A stretch of DNA of 31,508 nt from a virus (Duplodnaviria; Caudoviricetes), in the IMG/VR virus record IMGVR_UViG_3300024237_000094, positions 1-31,508 of that record, one strand, 5' to 3'. Below are positions 25,924 through 31,508 of the stretch, piece by piece. The notes under the pieces were generated by a model that was not told where the DNA came from, did no database searches, and saw only the letters and a program-made list of their open reading frames with translations. Position 1 is the first letter of the stretch, and the number at the start of each line of letters is the position of its first letter. The translations under genes were made by a program, and so were the position numbers.

Positions 25924-25966
25924 ATTCCTGACATTGTAACTGAAACTTCTAAACTGGAGAATGAAA

Positions 25967-26779
25967 ATGGCTAATACTATTGATCAAGCCTTCATCACGC
26001 AGTTTGAATCTGATGTTCATTTGGCGTATCAGCGTATGGGGTCTAAACTCCGTAACACTGTCCGTCAGGTTAATGGCGTAACGGGTTCTACTGTTAAATT
26101 TCAAAAAATTGGTAAAGGTGCTGCTAACACCAAGTCTCGTAACGGCGATGTTACTGGCATGGAAGTCGCACACACCAACGTATCAGCAACGCTGACCGAT
26201 CACTACGCACCTGAGTATATCGACAAGCTGGACGAACTGAAAACCAACATTGACGAACGTCAAGCTGTTGCTCAGTCGGCTGCTTATGCTCTGGGTCGTA
26301 AGACTGACGAGTTGATTGTTGCTGCTCTCGACGCTGGCGCAAACAGCACTCAGATTGCTGACACTTCTGGCGCGCTGGTTAAAGGCGACTTGCTGACCCT
26401 GTTTGAAACAATGGGTTCTGCTGACATTCCGGAAGATGGCAACCGCTATCTTGCAATGTCTCCTGCTGGTTACGCTGACCTGTTCAGCATCAACGAGTTC
26501 GCATCTAGCGATTTTGTTGGCGACCAAAACCTCCCGTTTGCTGGCGGCATGACAATGAAAGAGTTCTTGGGCTTCAAGATTTTCTCAACGTCTGCTGTTG
26601 CTGGCGGTAAGAACTTTGCCTACCATAGCTCTGCTATTGGTCTGGGTGTTGGTTCTGATGTTCAAACCGAAGTGAACTATGTGCCGCAGAAAGTGGCTCA
26701 CTTGGTCACTGCTCACATGAGCATGGGTGCTATCGGTATCGACGATAACGGCATCTACGAAGTTCTGGACAACAACTAA
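25967..26779 (+). CDS. Major capsid protein
   Basis: MANTIDQAFITQF...YQRMGSKLRNTV...ALGRKTDELI pattern; between scaffold and tail tube A. Start is 25967 based on ggaga spacing. Confidence 0.9.
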   Translation: MANTIDQAFITQFESDVHLAYQRMGSKLRNTVRQVNGVTGSTVKFQKIGKGAANTKSRNGDVTGMEVAHTNVSATLTDHYAPEYIDKLDELKTNIDERQAVAQSAAYALGRKTDELIVAALDAGANSTQIADTSGALVKGDLLTLFETMGSADIPEDGNRYLAMSPAGYADLFSINEFASSDFVGDQNLPFAGGMTMKEFLGFKIFSTSAVAGGKNFAYHSSAIGLGVGSDVQTEVNYVPQKVAHLVTAHMSMGAIGIDDNGIYEVLDNN

Positions 26780-26787
26780 GTCTGGTA

Positions 26788-26823
26788 GGGGAGCGGTGGG
26801 AAACTGCTGCTCCCCCCTTTCTT
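26788..26823 (+). terminator. Terminator-like hairpin after the capsid gene
   Basis: ggggagcggtgg-GAAA-ctgctgctcccc followed by cctttctt (weak U-tract, read-through likely). Confidence 0.65.
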
Positions 26824-26835
26824 GACGAGGTAAGT

Positions 26836-27423
26836 ATGACATCCACAGTAGCTAACAGTGCTATCGACATTTGTTCACGGGCTTTGATCCTTATTGGGGC
26901 AGAGCCTATTACTTCGTTTGAAGACAATACAACAGAGGCACTGGTCGCTGTTAATATGTATGAAGACGTAGCGCAAGCTAGTCTCTGCAACACACGCTGG
27001 CGTTTTGCTACTGAGCAAGCGCAGCTTAGTCGTTTATCAGATGAGCCGACTGGACGCTTTGATGCGGCCTATCAGCTTCCATCTAACCTTTTGATGCTTA
27101 ACGCCGTTACTGTAAATGATAACAATACGAACCATACAATCTACGGCGACAAGGTATTTACCAACACCTCAGACCAAGATCAGGTTATTGCTGATTACAT
27201 CTATCGTGCAGATGAGTCTGATTGGCCTTCCTACTTTACACTTGCTGTCGAGTATTCCCTTGCTGCCATCTTTGCAAGTTCTATTGCTCGGAACGAGGGT
27301 CTGACACAGATTATGGAAATCAAGGCAAACAACCTTATGGCAAAAGCCCGTAACCTTGACAGCCAGCAGAACACGACACGCAAACTTACGACTTCGAGGT
27401 TTATCACTGAAAGGCTGTCATAA
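26836..27423 (+). CDS. Tail tubular protein A (adaptor)
   Basis: ICSRAL..IGAEPI.SF...WRFA...YQLP pattern; position after the capsid gene. Confidence 0.85.
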   Translation: MTSTVANSAIDICSRALILIGAEPITSFEDNTTEALVAVNMYEDVAQASLCNTRWRFATEQAQLSRLSDEPTGRFDAAYQLPSNLLMLNAVTVNDNNTNHTIYGDKVFTNTSDQDQVIADYIYRADESDWPSYFTLAVEYSLAAIFASSIARNEGLTQIMEIKANNLMAKARNLDSQQNTTRKLTTSRFITERLS

Positions 27424-29645
27424 TGGCGAAGATTAAGATTCCGCTTCACAGCTTTCAGTTTGGCGAACTTAGCCCATCCTTTACATCCCGTGTGGACGCT
27501 GCTGTGTATCAGGCTGGCGCGCAGAAGGTGCGTAACTTTATTATCATCAATGAGGGTGGTGTAAAGAAACGCGCTGGTGGTGAGTTCATCTATCAGTTTA
27601 GCGATACTGTAACTCCTGCAAACGAGTTAGAGATTCGCATTGAGCCGTTTATCTTTTCGGATGACGAGCGGTATATCTTTTGTTTTAAGAACAACGCCCT
27701 CGATATTTTCTTTATCAACCCGACTACTGGTGAAGTTGATACCACACCTGTCAGCCTGTCTGGCTCTAGCAGTTGCCCGTGGACAACGGCAAAGCTAAAA
27801 GAAATTACAATGGCCTCCTCTGGCGATGTAACAATCATCTGCCATGAAACCTTCCCCCCTCGTCTTATTCGCCGGACTGGGTTGAAGACCTTTGTCTCTG
27901 AGGTGTTTGAGTTTGAGGACAATGGTAATGATGATTCTCCAACACACCCCTACTACAAATTTCAAAAGGGTGGTGTTACACTAGACCCTGCGGCTACGTC
28001 CGGCACGAATGTTCTTGTAACTGCAAGCAGTAGTTACTTTGTATCAGGTCACGTTGGTTCGTATCTGCTAATTGGTAATACGCCTTGTGAGATAAAAACA
28101 TATGTTAGCGCAACTCAAGTTAGGGTGGACATTACTGGCACGATACTTCGTCGCCTTGCGCCAGACTCTATTGAGGTGTTTGCTGGCACTAGTGCTGTTC
28201 AAGTTACTATGCCTCTTCACGGTATGGGTGTTGGTGACGTTTTTGTTATTGATCGCGTGGGGGCTTTGGGAGGTCTTAACGCCTCTCACATGGAGGGAAC
28301 AAAAACTGTAAGCAAGGTTATTGACCTTAATACATTTGAATACACTGCTGGGTCTAATGCCTCTTCTTCTGCCATCGGTGGCGGTTCTGTTGAAATCTCA
28401 AGCGGTGCTGCTACCCCAGAGTGGTATGAGCAGTCTTACTCTGCTGTTCGCGGCTACCCTGCTGCTGTAACATTCCACGAAGGTCGCCTGTGGTTTGCTG
28501 GCACGACAGCACAGCCCGGTCATGTCTGGGCTTCCAAGTCTGCCAACTTCTTTAACTTCGACATAGGCACGGGGGCGGACAGTGATGCCATTGATCTTAA
28601 CTCTAACTTTGGTGAGTTCTCTCATATCCGTCATCTTGTGGTTAATCGTGACCTACAGATATTCTCTGCTTCTTCTGAGTCATTCATTCCTGCTTTCACT
28701 GATAGGCCTGTTACCCCTGCAAACGCCATAATCAAGCGTCAAACACCCTATGGTTCATCCTATATGCGACCACAGCCCTTTGATGGTGCAACCCTCTATA
28801 CGCAAGCCTCTGGCAAGATGTTGGGGTCTTATGTGTATAGTGAAGTGGAGCAAGCCTACAACACAGAGAATGTGTCTGTGACTGCTACCCATCTGATGCG
28901 TTCTCCCATCCAATCTGCAAGTATTAAAGGTGGCTTTGACCGGGCTGAGTCATACTGCTTCCTGATTAACAATGATGGCACTATGTCTGTCTTCTACTCC
29001 TCTCGCGGCGATCAACGCGCTGGGTGGATGCTGTGGGATACATCGGGCAAGTTCCACAGTGTTTGCGCTGTTGACCGCAATGTGTATTCCATTGCTGTTC
29101 GGGATCAGGGCGATGGCACTAATCGTTACTACCTTGAGAAGTTTAACGAAGAGATGCCGATGGATTACTGCGATGAGTTCACTGGCACTGCTGGTGTGTT
29201 TGATGTTAGCAGCCAGTTCTCTGATGGTGCTGTGGTTCGTGTGGTTAGCGGCACAGATTACATTGGCGAGTTTACTGTGGCCTCTGGGGAGGTTGATGTA
29301 TCTAGCGTTAAGGAAATTACGACAGCTTACATTGGTTATCAATTCACCCCCATCCTACAGACAATGCCCATTGATGCGCTGATGGGTGGCGGCCCGATGA
29401 CTGCTGCGCCGCGCAAGATTGATATGGTTACTCTTGATTTGCAGGATACTTTGTCTGCATCGGTCAATAGTAAGGATATGATTATCAGGAATGTAAACGA
29501 TGATTTTTCTTTGGATAGGTCTAAGTTTACTGGTAGAAAAGAGTTTAGGTTAATTGGTATTTCAAAAGACCCGTCTGTTACAGTTAGTCAGTCTGTTCCT
29601 TTTGATTTACAACTAAACGGTATGGTTATTGAGGTGACTTTCTAA
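27423..29645 (+). CDS. Tail tubular protein B (nozzle)
   Basis: 740 aa; SFQFGELSP, GGVKKR.G and GYPAAVTFHEGRLWF motifs. Confidence 0.88.
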   Translation: MAKIKIPLHSFQFGELSPSFTSRVDAAVYQAGAQKVRNFIIINEGGVKKRAGGEFIYQFSDTVTPANELEIRIEPFIFSDDERYIFCFKNNALDIFFINPTTGEVDTTPVSLSGSSSCPWTTAKLKEITMASSGDVTIICHETFPPRLIRRTGLKTFVSEVFEFEDNGNDDSPTHPYYKFQKGGVTLDPAATSGTNVLVTASSSYFVSGHVGSYLLIGNTPCEIKTYVSATQVRVDITGTILRRLAPDSIEVFAGTSAVQVTMPLHGMGVGDVFVIDRVGALGGLNASHMEGTKTVSKVIDLNTFEYTAGSNASSSAIGGGSVEISSGAATPEWYEQSYSAVRGYPAAVTFHEGRLWFAGTTAQPGHVWASKSANFFNFDIGTGADSDAIDLNSNFGEFSHIRHLVVNRDLQIFSASSESFIPAFTDRPVTPANAIIKRQTPYGSSYMRPQPFDGATLYTQASGKMLGSYVYSEVEQAYNTENVSVTATHLMRSPIQSASIKGGFDRAESYCFLINNDGTMSVFYSSRGDQRAGWMLWDTSGKFHSVCAVDRNVYSIAVRDQGDGTNRYYLEKFNEEMPMDYCDEFTGTAGVFDVSSQFSDGAVVRVVSGTDYIGEFTVASGEVDVSSVKEITTAYIGYQFTPILQTMPIDALMGGGPMTAAPRKIDMVTLDLQDTLSASVNSKDMIIRNVNDDFSLDRSKFTGRKEFRLIGISKDPSVTVSQSVPFDLQLNGMVIEVTF

Positions 29646-30127
29646 TGGCTTGGCAATTAGCATTAGCAGTAGGTTCTGGCTTGATGAGTTACGGCTCAAG
29701 CAAACGCGCTGCGCGAGAAGCAAAACGGCAAGCAGAGTTACAGGCGGCAGCAATCCTGCGCCAGCGATTTGCTGTTGAAGAGTTGGCAACTCAACAGCAT
29801 GTAGATCGCATGGAATCTTTCCGTGATTTGGTAAACACCAACAATGCCTATGCTGCTTATATGGGGCGTTCTGATCGCAGCATCCAAGCTTTGCGTAAAG
29901 AAGAAGGCAGAAAATATGGTCGTGATGTTGATCGTATTAAAGAGCAGTCTCGCAGGGAAATACAGAAACTTCGTGATGAGGCTCAAGCTGTTCGAGAGCA
30001 GGGTAGGGTTACAAGCAGACAGTATAAAAATGCTGCCAATGCTACTTTGTTTAACACTGCTGCTTCTGCTGCGACTACGCTTGGTAAAACGCCCGATTCA
30101 CCACCCACCACAAATGAGACAACATAA
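29645..30127 (+). CDS. Small internal virion protein (T7 gp14-like position)
   Basis: N-terminal small hydrophobic segment, then Ala/Gln/Arg helical sequence; follows the nozzle gene. Confidence 0.7.
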   Translation: MAWQLALAVGSGLMSYGSSKRAAREAKRQAELQAAAILRQRFAVEELATQQHVDRMESFRDLVNTNNAYAAYMGRSDRSIQALRKEEGRKYGRDVDRIKEQSRREIQKLRDEAQAVREQGRVTSRQYKNAANATLFNTAASAATTLGKTPDSPPTTNETT

Positions 30128-31508
30128 TGGCTGTTGAAATTAAAAAAACTCGTTCAGGATCTTTCTTAAACAAACCAGTAGGTGTTACGCGAGTAACAAC
30201 TGGCGCAGAAAAAGTGTATGCACAGCAAGCCGAGATACTTTCCGGCGTTGGTGAGTTTGCTTTTGAACTAGCAAAAGAAGATCAAATTACTCGCGGCAAG
30301 GAGTATGCCAATACTGCTCGTGTGCGTGACGAGAATGGAAAGCTTGATTACAAAGCCCTCCCCTTTGATCTTGGTAGGTATGGTCAAGCTGCTGCTAATG
30401 AAATTTTATCCAACCGCTACATGATTGCCCTTAAAGATGACATGGTAACTGCGGCAAAAGAAATTTCTAAAATATCTGATGGAAATCCTACAAAGTTTGA
30501 AGAGGGTTTTTCTGCTTGGACAAAGCAGCGCGCTAAGTTGATGGAAGGAAGTGGCGGCACAGATATTATTGCTCCATTTATTGATAGTGCCTACACCTAT
30601 CAAAAAGAGTTTGTAAATGACCTTGTAATTAAACGTGTAGAGGTTGAGAACGCAATTACAAAGTCTCAGTATGGCAGAACATCGCGTGATCAAGCTAATT
30701 CTATTCAAAGCTCTTTTGCTGCTGGAGAGTTTGATGATGCAACGCAACAACTTAAAGCTTCGGAATTGGAGGCCAACAACCTTCAAGTAAGTGGGGCAAT
30801 TAACTTTGATACCAGCAACAAAGCCAAAAGAATGTATTCTCGCTCTGCTATTGACGGGCTTGTTGACTTTCATTTTAAGGGGCGTGGTTCGCCTGCACTA
30901 AGGGCATTGGAAGTAGAGTTACGCGGTGGCGAGTCTGGGATAAATATTTTAAAACAAACCCCCAGCATCAAAGCTGCTTTTGATCGCTTGGACGATGCTG
31001 ACCGAAGCACTTTTCTTGGCGATCTTTCAAAAAGAGCGTCGGCAGAAGAGGGGTTTCAGAAAAAGTTTTTTGGCAATCAAGTTTTTAAAAGAGATTATGA
31101 GTTAGGTGTTGCTAATAAAACCAGCGAAGCTCAACGCAGTTTAAATGCAGAGTTTGGTTATACCAGTTTTTTAGATGTCACGGGCTTGTCAGTTGGAACT
31201 CTTGACAGACATTCCGCACAGGCTCTTTTAGATTCACACGAAAAAGAAAACAATGCTCAGTTTCCCTCGGAAATGACGCAAGATTTAGCCGGGTCGTTTG
31301 CTTCTGGCGGGATTACAGATGATATTGTTATTGCAACGCTGGATAGATTTGAAAACATTAGAGCCGCACAGGATTTAAAGGGAAGAAATCTTCTTACATA
31401 TCTTGGTGGTGGTGACTCTGCTAAAAAGTTTAGCAATATGGCAACCGCTTTAAATGTTATCCGCGAAGTCAGTGGTGATGAGTCAGTCGTTCCTGCTTAT
31501 CGCCAAAT
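30127..31508 (+). CDS. 5' part of the internal virion protein (continues at 576-1209 via the terminal repeat; not in ORF track)
   Basis: ATG 30127 (MAVEIKKTRSGSFLNKPVGV...) is TAATG-coupled, and the frame stays open to the window end. Confidence 0.88.
   Translation, partial: MAVEIKKTRSGSFLNKPVGVTRVTTGAEKVYAQQAEILSGVGEFAFELAKEDQITRGKEYANTARVRDENGKLDYKALPFDLGRYGQAAANEILSNRYMIALKDDMVTAAKEISKISDGNPTKFEEGFSAWTKQRAKLMEGSGGTDIIAPFIDSAYTYQKEFVNDLVIKRVEVENAITKSQYGRTSRDQANSIQSSFAAGEFDDATQQLKASELEANNLQVSGAINFDTSNKAKRMYSRSAIDGLVDFHFKGRGSPALRALEVELRGGESGINILKQTPSIKAAFDRLDDADRSTFLGDLSKRASAEEGFQKKFFGNQVFKRDYELGVANKTSEAQRSLNAEFGYTSFLDVTGLSVGTLDRHSAQALLDSHEKENNAQFPSEMTQDLAGSFASGGITDDIVIATLDRFENIRAAQDLKGRNLLTYLGGGDSAKKFSNMATALNVIREVSGDESVVPAYRQ
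30934..31508. repeat. Right copy of the 575 bp terminal direct repeat
   Basis: Gap-free match to 1-575 at ~95% identity. Confidence 0.97.

Noticed and set aside
26740-26835. T7 10A/10B-type capsid frameshift extension
   Set aside because: No slippery sequence near the capsid 3' end and no room for an extension before the next gene.
1-31508. tRNA, integrase/att site, CRISPR array, alternative genetic code, auxiliary metabolic genes
   Set aside because: None seen by eye. Standard-code ORFs tile the genome, and TAA, TAG and TGA all end well-supported genes.

Overview
The window is an apparently complete ~30.9 kb podovirus-type phage genome. Bases 1-575 recur at 30934-31508, giving a 30,933 bp unit, and the two copies differ at ~26 positions. 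The + strand arm carries terS, a cluster of small mostly basic genes, terL, two paralogous basic proteins, portal, Bbp19-like protein, scaffold, major capsid, tail tubular A/B, three internal virion proteins, tail fibres with a gp38-like adhesin, and a lysis cassette with an M15 endolysin. The - strand arm carries small early genes, an Hjc-like resolvase, a stand-alone DnaA domain IV protein, a YqaJ exonuclease, a Rad52/Sak-like annealase, a DUF736/SSB-like protein and an Xis-like HTH. I found no DNA or RNA polymerase, primase, helicase, integrase, tRNA or CRISPR array. The architecture resembles BPP-1/HTVC010P-like podoviruses; a marine alphaproteobacterial host is plausible but only inferred. 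The most notable signals are: a nested, twice-repeated RNA internal-loop motif in the capsid leader; DnaA-box-like sites and operator-like palindromes in the divergent control region; heterozygous terminal repeats; a basic mini-protein cluster with a split DUF5872; and a structured element upstream of the tail-fibre chaperone gene. All family assignments come from motif recognition by eye, with no database search.
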